DNA of 64,000 nt from Thermoanaerobaculia bacterium (GTDB taxonomy: Bacteria; Acidobacteriota; Thermoanaerobaculia; Multivoradales; UBA5704): positions 472 to 64,471 of the forward strand of contig DASWRX010000197.1 of the NCBI GenBank assembly GCA_036402955.1, given 5' to 3'. A program made the position numbers and the translations under genes. Position 1 is the stretch's first letter; each line of letters begins with the position of its first letter. Of this stretch, positions 19,708 to 28,185 are shown in pieces. The notes under the pieces are model-generated. The model made no database searches. It was not told where the DNA came from and saw only the letters and a program-made list of their open reading frames with translations.

Positions 19708-20424
19708 TCAGTCTTTCCGCGTCCTGCCGGCGGCCGGCGACCGCTCGAGCAGGTCCGGCCGCTTCTCCCGGGTGGCCCTCATCGCCTCCCCCTGCCGCCA
19801 CCGCTGGATCGCCGCGTGGTCCCCCGAGGTCAGCACCGCCGGCACCGCCAGCCCTTCCACCACCGGCGGCCGCGTGTAGTGCGGGTGATCCAGCAGGCCG
19901 CTCCGGAAGCTGTCGTTCGCCACCGAATCGGCCAGCCCGACCACCCCGGGCACTTGCCGCGAGAGCGCCTCGATCAACACCATCGCCGGCAGCTCGCCGC
20001 CCGACAGCACGTAATCGCCGATCGAGATCTCCTCGTCGACCACCGTCTCCCGCACCCGCTCGTCGATCCCCTCGTAGCGCCCGCAGAGCAGGATCAGCTC
20101 CTCCCCCCGGGCGCCCCGCGCCGCCAGCTCGCGCACCTTGGCGTCGTCGAGCCGCGCGCCTTGCGGCGACAGCAGCACCCGCCAGGAGAACCCGGTCTCC
20201 GACAAGGCGCGCACCGCGCGGATCCACGGCGGCGCCGTCATCACCATCCCGCCGCCGCCGCCGTACGGCTCGTCGTCGACGCTGCGGTGGCGGTCCTCCG
20301 TGAAGCCGCGCAGGTCGTGGACCCCCACCTCTAGGAGCTCCTTCTCCCGCGCCTTGCCGATCAGGCTGGTCGAGAGAAAGGGCTCGAACAGCTCCGGGAA
20401 GATCGTCAGGACCTGGACGCGCAT
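19708..20424 (-). CDS. trmD: tRNA (guanine37-N1)-methyltransferase
   Basis: VLTIFPELF, DDEPYGGGGGMVM, LLCGRYEGIDERV, IGDYVLSGGELPAMVLIEA. Confidence 0.95.
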   Translation of the reverse strand: MRVQVLTIFPELFEPFLSTSLIGKAREKELLEVGVHDLRGFTEDRHRSVDDEPYGGGGGMVMTAPPWIRAVRALSETGFSWRVLLSPQGARLDDAKVRELAARGARGEELILLCGRYEGIDERVRETVVDEEISIGDYVLSGGELPAMVLIEALSRQVPGVVGLADSVANDSFRSGLLDHPHYTRPPVVEGLAVPAVLTSGDHAAIQRWRQGEAMRATREKRPDLLERSPAAGRTRKD

Positions 20425-20990
20425 GCCTCGAGAAACCCCGGAGGCAGCCTGACGTCGATCCGGCCGGTCTCCACGTCCACCCGGCGCAGGAACTCCTTGA
20501 CGAACGGCACCGGCACCCGCCGGTCCTCCCCCGCCACGATCAGCATCAGCCCGCCACCGTCCTCGACCACCTCCACCACCCGGCCCAGCTCCTCGCCCTC
20601 GTTGCAGCAGAGGCAGCCGAGCAGCTCGTACTGGTAGTAGGTGCCGCGGGGCGCCCTCGGCACCTCCGAGCGCGGGACCTCGAGATCGAGACCCCGCAGC
20701 TCCGCGGCCCGGTCGCGGTCCTCGAAGCCCTCGAAACGGACCACGGCGCCGGTCTTGTGGACCCGGCTCTCTGCCACGATCAGGGGTACCGGCGGCGCGC
20801 CTTCGCGGACGCCCAGGACCCGGCTCCCCTTCCGGTAGCGGCCGGGGACGTCCGAGAGCACCTCGACGGTGACCTCCCCACGGATGCCGTGCGGCCGCAG
20901 CACGCGGCCTACGGCAACGGTCTCCGGCAGGTCGTCGCGCAGCGGGCGCGGGACCCCGGCGGCTTCAGTCTTCGAGGATTTCGAGCTCAT
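20406..20990 (-). CDS. rimM: 16S rRNA processing protein RimM
   Basis: VGRVLRPHGIRGEV (RimM N-domain), a PRC-barrel C-terminus, and the conserved position between the KH gene and trmD. Confidence 0.88.
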   Translation of the reverse strand: MSSKSSKTEAAGVPRPLRDDLPETVAVGRVLRPHGIRGEVTVEVLSDVPGRYRKGSRVLGVREGAPPVPLIVAESRVHKTGAVVRFEGFEDRDRAAELRGLDLEVPRSEVPRAPRGTYYQYELLGCLCCNEGEELGRVVEVVEDGGGLMLIVAGEDRRVPVPFVKEFLRRVDVETGRIDVRLPPGFLEACASRS

Positions 20991-21210
20991 AGCGCACCCC
21001 CCGCCGGTCCTCGCGGGCTTCCAGCAGCGTGCGCATCGCCCGGGCGGTACGCCCCTGGCGGCCGATCACCTTGCCGAGGTCGTCCGGCGCCACCTTCAGC
21101 TCCAGCACACCGCCGCCGCGCCGGCTCGGGATGTCCTGGACCTCGACCTCGTCGGGCTGGTCCACCAGCAGCCGGGCAAGCTCCCTGAGATCGTCGGCGA
21201 GCTCGGACAC
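20965..21210 (-). CDS. KH-domain RNA-binding protein (YlqC/UPF0109-like)
   Basis: LKVAPDDLGKVIGRQGRTARAMRTLL carries the GxxG KH motif. Start taken at GTG 21210, just after the rpsP stop. The longer ORF to 21288 would overlap rpsP. Confidence 0.75.
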   Translation of the reverse strand: MSELADDLRELARLLVDQPDEVEVQDIPSRRGGGVLELKVAPDDLGKVIGRQGRTARAMRTLLEAREDRRGVRYELEILED

Positions 21211-21212
21211 GT

Positions 21213-21458
21213 TCAGGCGCTCTTCTTCGCCACCTGGGCCAGCAGCTTCTTGACCGTGGGCGACATGCGGGCGCCCTTGCTCACCCAATGCTCGGCCCGC
21301 GGGACGTCGATCGTCACCTGCGCGGGGTTCTTCGTCGGATCGTAGTGACCGATCTCCTCAATCGCGGCGGCCGTCGGGGTGTTGCGCGAATCCGACACCA
21401 CCACGCGGAAGAACGGGTTGTTCCGGGCGCCCATGCGGCGCAACCGAATCATCAGCAT
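21213..21458 (-). CDS. rpsP: 30S ribosomal protein S16
   Basis: MLMIRLRRMGARNNPFFRVVVSDSRNTP...EEIGHYDP is classic S16. Confidence 0.97.
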   Translation of the reverse strand: MLMIRLRRMGARNNPFFRVVVSDSRNTPTAAAIEEIGHYDPTKNPAQVTIDVPRAEHWVSKGARMSPTVKKLLAQVAKKSA

Positions 21459-21661
21459 CTGAAGCCTCCAAGTCCTTGATTATGCGAGCGCGAGACAGAC
21501 CACGGCCCCAGGGCCGGCGCGCAAAGGCGGGTAAGTTTAGCAGAGGTCGGCGGGGATGCCAAACCGGAGGGTGGCACGGCCGGCTCCGGGAGCACGTAAC
21601 GACGGGGGCTCCCGCGCGCCTAGTAGAATTGAAGTGACGCAATTGAGAAGGAGGGAATCCC

Positions 21662-23350
21662 ATGCCGGAAGCTGCGATCGTCAACGCGGAAGCCGCTCAG
21701 GGCGGCCTCAGGGTGCGGGCCTACCAGGGCGACGGCGCCATCCTGCTCGCTTTCGACGTCGACGCGAGCCAGACCCAGGGCCTCGCCGGGTTCGCGGTCT
21801 TCTGCACCCCGGAGGCGGGCAAGCCCTACTGGCTGCCCAACCGCCTGAGCTTCACCACCCAGGTCACGTCCGACACGACGGCGGAGACGCGGACCTGGAC
21901 CCCCTCGAACGAGGCGCCGTTCCAGAAGTTCTGGTGGGCGGATTTCCCTCGCCAGGGCGGCAAGTGCGTCTACGAGGTCACCGCGATGTACCACGACGGC
22001 GACGGCCTGAAGGCCGGACCGAAAGCCTCGGCGGAGGTCCAGGTGGGACCCTACGTCGCCGGCGACCTGAAGGTCGGCTTCACCCGCGGCTACATCTCGT
22101 CCCAGGCCTACGCCGCGGAGTTCAAGAACGCTCCGATCCTGCCGGCGGGCGGCAAGACGGTCGACTTCGACACCACGCCCTTCGCCCAGCAGTACGCGTG
22201 GCTGGGGGCCAATGCCCGCAAGCTCGTCTTCGACGCTCTCAGCGCGGCGATCGCCGACCCGGCGGTCACCGTCGACCTCTTCGCCTACGACCTCGACGAG
22301 CCGGACTTCATCCGGGCGCTCACGCAACTCGGGGACCGGCTGCGCGCCGTGCTCGACAACGCCCCTCTCCACCAGGGCGCCACCGCCATCGAGCCCAAGG
22401 CCGCCGCCCTCCTGCAAGGGTCCGCGGGCGACGGCAACGTCGTCATCGGTCACTTCAGCCGCTTCTCGCACGACAAGGTGATGATCTTCAAGCGGGGCGG
22501 CGCGCCGTTCAAGGTGCTGACCGGCTCGGCCAATTTCTCGATCCGCGGCCTCTACGTCCAGGCCAACAGCGTCCTGGTCTTCGAGGAACCGCAGACCGCC
22601 GCGCTCTACGAAGCCGCCTTCGAGGAGGCTTTCTCGGACCACACCCACACCGCGGCGTTCACCGCGGCGGACATCTCGAAACAGTGGTTCGATCTGCCCC
22701 CGGCGGCCCTGCCGCCGGCGAGCGTCGGCTTCGCGCCGCACGCGAGCGCGTCCGTGTCGCTCGACCGGGTGGCGGCAAGCATCAAGGCCGCCAAGAGCTC
22801 GGTTCTCTTCGCCATCATGGGGCTCGACGGCGGCGGCCCGGTGATCGACGCCGTCAAGAACCTTCCCGGGCGCCAGGACCTGTTCTCCTACGGCGTCTCC
22901 GAGACGAAAAACGGGCTCGACCTCTACAAACCCGGCGCGGCCAACACGGTGGGAGTGACCTTCGGCACGCTGAGCAAGCTGGTTCCCGCGAACTTCCGGC
23001 AGGAGTGGGACGGCGGCCGGGGCCAGCACATCCACCACAAGTTCGTGGTCGTCGACTGGAACGGCGACAATCCCATCGCCTACATGGGGTCCTCGAACCT
23101 GGCGGCCGGCGGCGAGACGAGCAACGGCGACAACCTGATCGAAGTGCGCGATCCTGGAGTGGCCCAGGTCTACGGCATCGAGGCGATCCGGCTGATCGAT
23201 CACTACCATTTCCGCGCCAGCATCACGGCGGCGACGGCCGCCAAGCCGCTCACGCTCGACGCGACCGATCACTGGTGGCAGGCCTACTTCGACCCGACCA
23301 ACGTCAAATGCCGCTCGCGGCAGCTCTTCGCCCAGGGCGCCGCCGGCTGA
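21662..23350 (+). CDS. Phospholipase D-superfamily protein with two HKD motifs and an N-terminal beta-rich domain
   Basis: HKD 1: FSHDKVMIF...TGSANFS. HKD 2: HIHHKFVVVD...MGSSNLAAGG. GAAGGAGG ribosome-binding site before the ATG. No signal peptide is evident. Confidence 0.85.
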   Translation: MPEAAIVNAEAAQGGLRVRAYQGDGAILLAFDVDASQTQGLAGFAVFCTPEAGKPYWLPNRLSFTTQVTSDTTAETRTWTPSNEAPFQKFWWADFPRQGGKCVYEVTAMYHDGDGLKAGPKASAEVQVGPYVAGDLKVGFTRGYISSQAYAAEFKNAPILPAGGKTVDFDTTPFAQQYAWLGANARKLVFDALSAAIADPAVTVDLFAYDLDEPDFIRALTQLGDRLRAVLDNAPLHQGATAIEPKAAALLQGSAGDGNVVIGHFSRFSHDKVMIFKRGGAPFKVLTGSANFSIRGLYVQANSVLVFEEPQTAALYEAAFEEAFSDHTHTAAFTAADISKQWFDLPPAALPPASVGFAPHASASVSLDRVAASIKAAKSSVLFAIMGLDGGGPVIDAVKNLPGRQDLFSYGVSETKNGLDLYKPGAANTVGVTFGTLSKLVPANFRQEWDGGRGQHIHHKFVVVDWNGDNPIAYMGSSNLAAGGETSNGDNLIEVRDPGVAQVYGIEAIRLIDHYHFRASITAATAAKPLTLDATDHWWQAYFDPTNVKCRSRQLFAQGAAG

Positions 23351-23685
23351 GCGCTCCGGCGGGCCAGTTCCTCAGCGTCACCTCGAAGTCCACGGGGCGC
23401 TGGAGCACGATCGGCATCGTGAGCCTCGACTCGGTGCCCGTCCAGACATCCACCGGGCCCATCCTCGCCCGGGCCTCGTTCTCCTGCGCCACGATCGCAT
23501 AGGAACCGGCCGCTGAAGCGCCAGGCTCATCAAATGTCGCCCTTTCAGGGCGAGGCCTTGGTGAACAGCCGATCTCCAGGTGAAGTAATTCACCTCGACT
23601 CCTGGCACCATGGTCCCGGGAAACGTCGCCCGGTGGGATCACTGGAGATCCGTCCAGGAGCGAATTCCCTGGAAAGGAGCTTCTC

Positions 23686-23976
23686 ATGGTCCGGTCCACC
23701 ACCCTCCGCACCATCACCTTGCTCGTCCTCTGCGCGGTACTGGCGTTCCCCGTGAGGTCCGCCGCCGCGCCGCGTCCCGGAGGCGATTCCTCCACGGCCC
23801 GGCTCACCGCTCAGAATGCGGGCGACCTCTTGGGGTGGCTGCGGAACACCCTGGTGTCGTTTTGGAGCAAGGCTGGCTGCCAGGTTGATCCCAATGGCCG
23901 CTGCGTCGTGAACGGCGCAACGATCACGACGAAGGCCGGCTGCGAGCTTGATCCAAACGGCCGCTGCCACAACTAG
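23686..23976 (+). CDS. Small secreted Cys-loop repeat protein (2 x AGCxxDPNGRC)
   Basis: AAGGAG ribosome-binding site about 7 nt upstream. Signal peptide MVRSTTLRTITLLVLCAVLAFPVRSAAA. The mature part ends with KAGCQVDPNGRC...KAGCELDPNGRCHN. Confidence 0.6.
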   Translation: MVRSTTLRTITLLVLCAVLAFPVRSAAAPRPGGDSSTARLTAQNAGDLLGWLRNTLVSFWSKAGCQVDPNGRCVVNGATITTKAGCELDPNGRCHN

Positions 23977-25502
23977 GTCTTCAATGGGCCCCCTCTTCCC
24001 AGATGGTCTTCCCTGGACGAGGGGGCGCTTTTACTGAGAACCGAGGCAAGTCCATCCGTCTCGAACCGCAAGCTCGGGTCATGTCGAGCGCGGTAGAGAT
24101 AGCCCACCAGCTCCTGGGCGATCTCTGCCGTCATCGTCTCTCGCTCGACGGCCTCACAGAAAACCTTGAAAGCCGCGATGGCCTCCCGATGAACACCCTG
24201 GGCGCGGAAAATCCAGAGCATCTGCCGGGCAAGGGACTGGACTTCTCTGATCCGCCCATTCTCCAGATATAAAACTGCCAGCTCAATGGAAACCAGAGCA
24301 AAGTCGTATGCGGTCTTCTGGACGGCGAGATCTTCCCGCACGCGAACGAGAGCTGCAACGGCCTCCTCCCGCTTCCCCAGGCCGGCGGCCACCCGTCCTT
24401 CCAGCCAGCGGAATCGTACGGCCTCCAAGTCGTTGGCGCGACGAATCAAAAACTCTCGCAATCTGGGCAGGAGTGCATCCGCCTCTCCAGGCCGCCCTGT
24501 TTGGAGAAGGTTGTTCGCGAGCGTAAACCAGACGTGTCCGAGCAGCGGATCGTCCTCTCGTATCAAAAGCACCATCGTCTGCAGCGTAGCAATGGCGTCC
24601 TCAAAGTCGCCCTTCAGCGTTAGAACGTTGGCTCGATTGACGAGGAGCTTCTTCCTCTCAGTCTCTCCCGCAATGGCAAGAGCCTGATCCAGCAATTCGA
24701 TGGCCTCGGGGAGGCGTCGCTGATCCTTACGCAAAGACGCCACCAAATGAAGCACCCTGGCCTCATCGAGGAACCCCGCGCCAGAGCATGCACCGGCCTC
24801 CCAAAGGGTCCAGGCACAGGCGAAGTCCCGATCGGCCGCGGGAAGATCGCCACCAACCCGCCGAGCATTCGCCAGGTGGGCCAGCGCGTAGCCTTGCAGA
24901 CGCTTCCTCCAGGTTCCCAGGCCGGGCGCCAGCTCGGCGATGCGTACGGCGAGGCCGGCCAGGTCCCGAGCGCGATCGGCCCGGTCTGCCGCGGCTTCCA
25001 GGCTCCGCTCGCAGATCAACTCGCACAGCGCCCAGCTCCGGTAGTCCACGTCGCTCTCGACGAGAGCCCGCCCGCGGGCCGGGGAGAGGGCCTTCACGCG
25101 CTCCCAGAGGCGCCGGGCCTTCCACCGCTCGTCCTCGGCCCGGCGCAGGGGCTCCAGGGAGAGAATGGAGCGGCCCCACGCCTCGGCCGCGGCCTTCAGC
25201 GAGGCGAGAGCGGCCTCGCACCGCTCGTTCCCGATCGCGGACCCTCCCTCCGGCAAGCTCAGGGCATGGACGAGGCCGATGTGGCTGAGGGTGAGCTCCA
25301 CGGCCTCGGACGGCAGTCCCAGCACGGCGAGGATCTGGTCCAGACGCTTGCGGGAGAGGGGCTTGCGGCCGGCCTCGTAGTCGCAGACGAGGGGCGGCCC
25401 GCAGCGGAGAGCGGCGGCGAGCTCGTTCTGGTGCCAGCCCCGGATGGTGCGCAGGAGGGTCAGGGCGGTGCCCAGCGTGGGCGATAGTGGCTTTCGCGGC
25501 AT
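23973..25502 (-). CDS. XRE-family HTH + TPR transcriptional regulator
   Basis: N-terminal HTH (LRTIRGWHQNELAAALRCGPPLVCDYEAGRKPLSRKRLDQILAVLG), then about 400 aa of TPR-like helical repeats. Start at ATG 25502 (MPRKPLS). Confidence 0.8.
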   Translation of the reverse strand: MPRKPLSPTLGTALTLLRTIRGWHQNELAAALRCGPPLVCDYEAGRKPLSRKRLDQILAVLGLPSEAVELTLSHIGLVHALSLPEGGSAIGNERCEAALASLKAAAEAWGRSILSLEPLRRAEDERWKARRLWERVKALSPARGRALVESDVDYRSWALCELICERSLEAAADRADRARDLAGLAVRIAELAPGLGTWRKRLQGYALAHLANARRVGGDLPAADRDFACAWTLWEAGACSGAGFLDEARVLHLVASLRKDQRRLPEAIELLDQALAIAGETERKKLLVNRANVLTLKGDFEDAIATLQTMVLLIREDDPLLGHVWFTLANNLLQTGRPGEADALLPRLREFLIRRANDLEAVRFRWLEGRVAAGLGKREEAVAALVRVREDLAVQKTAYDFALVSIELAVLYLENGRIREVQSLARQMLWIFRAQGVHREAIAAFKVFCEAVERETMTAEIAQELVGYLYRARHDPSLRFETDGLASVLSKSAPSSREDHLGRGGPLKT

Positions 25503-25739
25503 CCGGACGTCCAGGGAAATTAACGTTCCTCTTATGTCTAAGTAGCCGGAGAGCCTTATTTCGGGACACCTCTCGACGCGATTCCTTCCCGAGAGGTAGG
25601 GATCGAAGGAATTCTCCGGGACGTGGGCGTCATCTCTGAAGAAGTTCTCCGTCGCTTCCGGAGAGTACGGCCCGCGGCCTACCGTGGAGTGCAGCCAGGG
25701 GCCGGCAGATCCGCTGCCCCGGAGGGAGGAGATGCCGTG

Positions 25740-26000
25740 ATGACCGAGGCCGAGACCGCCGCGCAGGAAGCGCTCCGTCACATCGTCAAGGACCTGGAGG
25801 CGATCCGCTTCCGTCTCTGGGGAGTCCATTCGACGTTGCCCGTGCCGGCCCGGGAGACGGCCATGCTCGTGGGTGAGGAGGACATGGATGTGGCGCTGGA
25901 GGTGCGCACCGTGATCGAGTGCGTCATCAACGACTGGATCTCCTCGGCGATCCGGGACCTCCAGGCGGCGGCGGAGTATCGGCCGGACTCGGAGGAGTGA
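25740..26000 (+). CDS. Hypothetical small acidic protein
   Basis: ATG at 25740 preceded by GGAGGGAGGA. 86 aa with GC3-rich codons. GTGA overlap with the next ORF. Confidence 0.5.
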   Translation: MTEAETAAQEALRHIVKDLEAIRFRLWGVHSTLPVPARETAMLVGEEDMDVALEVRTVIECVINDWISSAIRDLQAAAEYRPDSEE

Positions 26001-26659
26001 AGGGCGCTCTTCCCCGCTTTCCTTCGAGGAGCCCAGTCCACGGGTTGCGGCTGGTGACGCCGCTCGAGGCCGGAGCGGGCGGCGGCCTCGTCCTTCCCGG
26101 CGTGGTGCTCTGGGCGCTCGGGCTCAACGAGGGGGATCTGGTCGCGGCCGAGCCTCGGGAGGGGACGACCGGCCGCGTCAACTTTCGCGGCTATGGCGAG
26201 AGGGTGCGGCGCGCCATCGAGGGATACAGCCATCCCTGGCCCTGGGTGGAAGAGCTCTTGCGCCTGCCGATGGCCGCCGTGGGGCCGGAGGGCACGCTCG
26301 CGCTGCCGGAGGAGATCGCCGGCCGGCTCGCCCTCAACGCCCCGGGCGACCTTCTCCTGAGCGCCTGGACCGAGCGGGGATCCCGCGGCTTCGCCATGGA
26401 GCGGCGGATGGACGGGCGGCGGGTCTCCCCGGAGCTGAGGGCAGAGGCGAGCTACACGCTGCCGGTCGGACCCGACTTCCGGATCGCCCTGCCCGCCGAC
26501 GCGCTCTGGGCGCTCTCACTGGAGGAGGAGACGGTCCCGCTGCCGGGTCTCCTCCGGGCATCACTCCCTCTGAATCCGGAAAGCCAGGTCACGCTGGTGG
26601 TGAGCCTCTTTCAGCAGACCGCGAGCTTCCGCCTGGAGCCCTGTCCCGATCTGTCGTAG
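25997..26659 (+). CDS. Hypothetical protein with three AbrB/SpoVT-like repeats
   Basis: GTG 25997 overlaps the upstream stop. Three segments fit the swapped-hairpin pattern: LVLPGVVLWALGLNEGDLV, LALPEEIAGRLALNAPGDLL and IALPADALWALSLEEE. Confidence 0.5.
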   Translation: MKGALPRFPSRSPVHGLRLVTPLEAGAGGGLVLPGVVLWALGLNEGDLVAAEPREGTTGRVNFRGYGERVRRAIEGYSHPWPWVEELLRLPMAAVGPEGTLALPEEIAGRLALNAPGDLLLSAWTERGSRGFAMERRMDGRRVSPELRAEASYTLPVGPDFRIALPADALWALSLEEETVPLPGLLRASLPLNPESQVTLVVSLFQQTASFRLEPCPDLS

Positions 26660-26845
26660 AATTTCCCGCTCTCGACGCCTTGAGCCGTCCGGAGAGCGCC
26701 GGATCGGCGGCCTTGACCGCCGAGAGAGTCTGCCGCGAGCGCCCCGGCCTCTGGCGAACCGGCTGGAAGCCGCCGGCCAGGAGGCGCTCGAGGGCGCGGG
26801 TTCAAGTCGGGGTGGGCACGTCCGGTAGAGGCTTGCCGGTGTTTT

Positions 26846-26920
26846 GACCCGCGGGTCCACGATTCCGACCCGCGGGTCCGATTCTGCGACCCGCGGGTCA
26901 ACGACCGCGACCCGCGGGTA
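26846..26920. repeat. Left part of the 21-bp-period palindrome array (4 units)
   Basis: GACCCGCGGGTC at 26846, 26867 and 26888. The fourth unit, starting at 26909, is interrupted after 26917 by the transposon end. Confidence 0.95.
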
Positions 26921-26935
26921 CTGGCTCATTTTGAC
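26918..26935. repeat. Left terminal inverted repeat (IRL)
   Basis: Exact reverse complement of 31018-31035. It is 19 bp if 26917 and 31036 are included. Confidence 0.9.
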
Positions 26936-27098
26936 CTGACGTAAAACATTCTTTGAAATCAGGGGTTTACGTGTGGGCGGAACGGGCGTAGCGTCCTCCG
27001 GGAAGGGGAGGGATTGCCCCTCCCTTCGACACTACAAGCGGCCCGGCGGGAGTGCAGGAACACAACCGCCGGACCTGACCCGAGCAAGGAGCCAGTCC

Positions 27099-27407
27099 AT
27101 GCCCGAGCTGCCCGAAGTCTACCCCACCCCCCTCGACCTCACCCGCTACACCGAGAGCACCCGCCGCGACCTGTACGAGCGGCTGGTGCGCATCCAGTTC
27201 ACCCGGCAGGCCAGTGACCCGGAGGATGCCGCTCCCCTCCAGGACCCGGACGCCGCCGAGCTGACGGTCTTCTACCTCTTCGGCCGTTGGTTCGCCTACT
27301 GGCGGGAGCTGCCGGAGCCGGGCCTGCCCACGTGGCGCCTGACGGAGATGGTCCGCATCCAGGCCGCGCCGGATTCCCCGGACGGCATCATCCTCTACGA
27401 GATCTGA
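27099..27407 (+). CDS. Hypothetical protein (transposon passenger)
   Basis: AAGGAG 8 nt upstream of ATG 27099. 102 aa (MPELPEVYPTPLDL...). No motif recognised. Confidence 0.55.
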   Translation: MPELPEVYPTPLDLTRYTESTRRDLYERLVRIQFTRQASDPEDAAPLQDPDAAELTVFYLFGRWFAYWRELPEPGLPTWRLTEMVRIQAAPDSPDGIILYEI

Positions 27408-27410
27408 GCC

Positions 27411-27695
27411 ATGGCGTGGGACTCGAAACTCTCCTACCCTCCAGACGCCACGCGTAGCGTCTCGGTCAAGGCGACGCCTTCCCAGAAGGGCCGATGGGAG
27501 GACGCGGCACGCCGCCACGGCAAGGCGAGCGCGGGGGCGTTCCTGGCGTGGGCCGGGGACCTCTACCTCGCCCTGCTACACGCCTACCAGGACGCCGTCC
27601 AGGAGCATGACGACTCCCTGAATCCTGTCAGCTACGCGGAAGAGTTGAAGCGCCTGGAGGAGCGGGAGAAGGCCCGGAGGAAGGGCGAGAGTTGA
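27411..27695 (+). CDS. RHH-like small protein (passenger)
   Basis: VSVKATPSQKGRWEDAARRHGKASAGAFLAWAGDLYL fits strand-helix-helix. Paralogous to the N-terminus of the next ORF. 94 aa. Confidence 0.55.
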   Translation: MAWDSKLSYPPDATRSVSVKATPSQKGRWEDAARRHGKASAGAFLAWAGDLYLALLHAYQDAVQEHDDSLNPVSYAEELKRLEEREKARRKGES

Positions 27696-28138
27696 AGGTG
27701 GCGACGTTCACCGTCCACGCGACCGCCTTGCAGTCGGCGAGGTGGAAGCAGGCGGCGGAAGCTGAGGGACACCGCTCCGCCGGCACGTGGCTCGCGGCGG
27801 CGGCGGATGCCTATCTGAAGGTCCGCGCCCGGGCCGGGCAACCGATCGCCTTGGCGTGGCACCTGGGGGCGTTCACGGCTCGAATGATGGACGGTCGAGA
27901 GGTCCAGGTGCGGGGCATGGTGTCGCCTCCATTCGGGACCTACCGGGGCAATAGCCACGGGCCGGACGGGAACAAGCGGCGCACCCTCGTCCACCTTCCC
28001 ACCGGCCGCGTCATCGCCACACTCCGCAGTTCGCGCCAGTGTCGTGCTCTTGCGGCGGAGCTGGCACCGGTCCTCTTGCGCGGCGAGCTGCCGGAGCTTG
28101 GCCCGGTAGTAGACCGCCACGTCCGCGAGTCCTCGTAA
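27692..28138 (+). CDS. RHH-like N-domain protein with an unknown C-domain (passenger)
   Basis: FTVHATALQSARWKQAAEAEGHRSAGTWLAAAADAYL parallels the previous ORF. TTG start overlaps the upstream stop (TTGA); an alternative GTG start is at 27698. Confidence 0.5.
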   Translation: MKVATFTVHATALQSARWKQAAEAEGHRSAGTWLAAAADAYLKVRARAGQPIALAWHLGAFTARMMDGREVQVRGMVSPPFGTYRGNSHGPDGNKRRTLVHLPTGRVIATLRSSRQCRALAAELAPVLLRGELPELGPVVDRHVRESS

Positions 28139-28185
28139 AACCCTACGGGCGGCGCCTGTATGGGCCGCCCGTGTTACCATTGGGC

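Noticed and set aside
21459-21661. The 200-bp divergent spacer between rpsP and the PLD gene, inspected for an ncRNA or tRNA. It contains a GGGAGC...GCTCCC hairpin.
   Set aside because: There is only a single 6-bp hairpin with no tRNA or riboswitch-like architecture. It is most simply two divergent 5' regions.
23304-23807. Minus-strand ORF in the PLD to peptide-gene spacer, containing a protein-like stretch (MGPVDVWTGTESRLTMPIVLQRPVDFEVTLRNW).
   Set aside because: It overlaps the PLD 3' end and the small secreted-peptide gene, has no ribosome-binding site and no recognisable family. At most it is a gene remnant. It is mentioned under the PLD finding only.
26795-26815. GGGTTCAAGTC, reminiscent of a tRNA T-arm, just left of the array. 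It could be a tRNA or an integration-site remnant.
   Set aside because: The flanking bases do not form a T-stem (GCGGG versus CGGGG). No acceptor or anticodon arms can be drawn in the preceding 75 nt.
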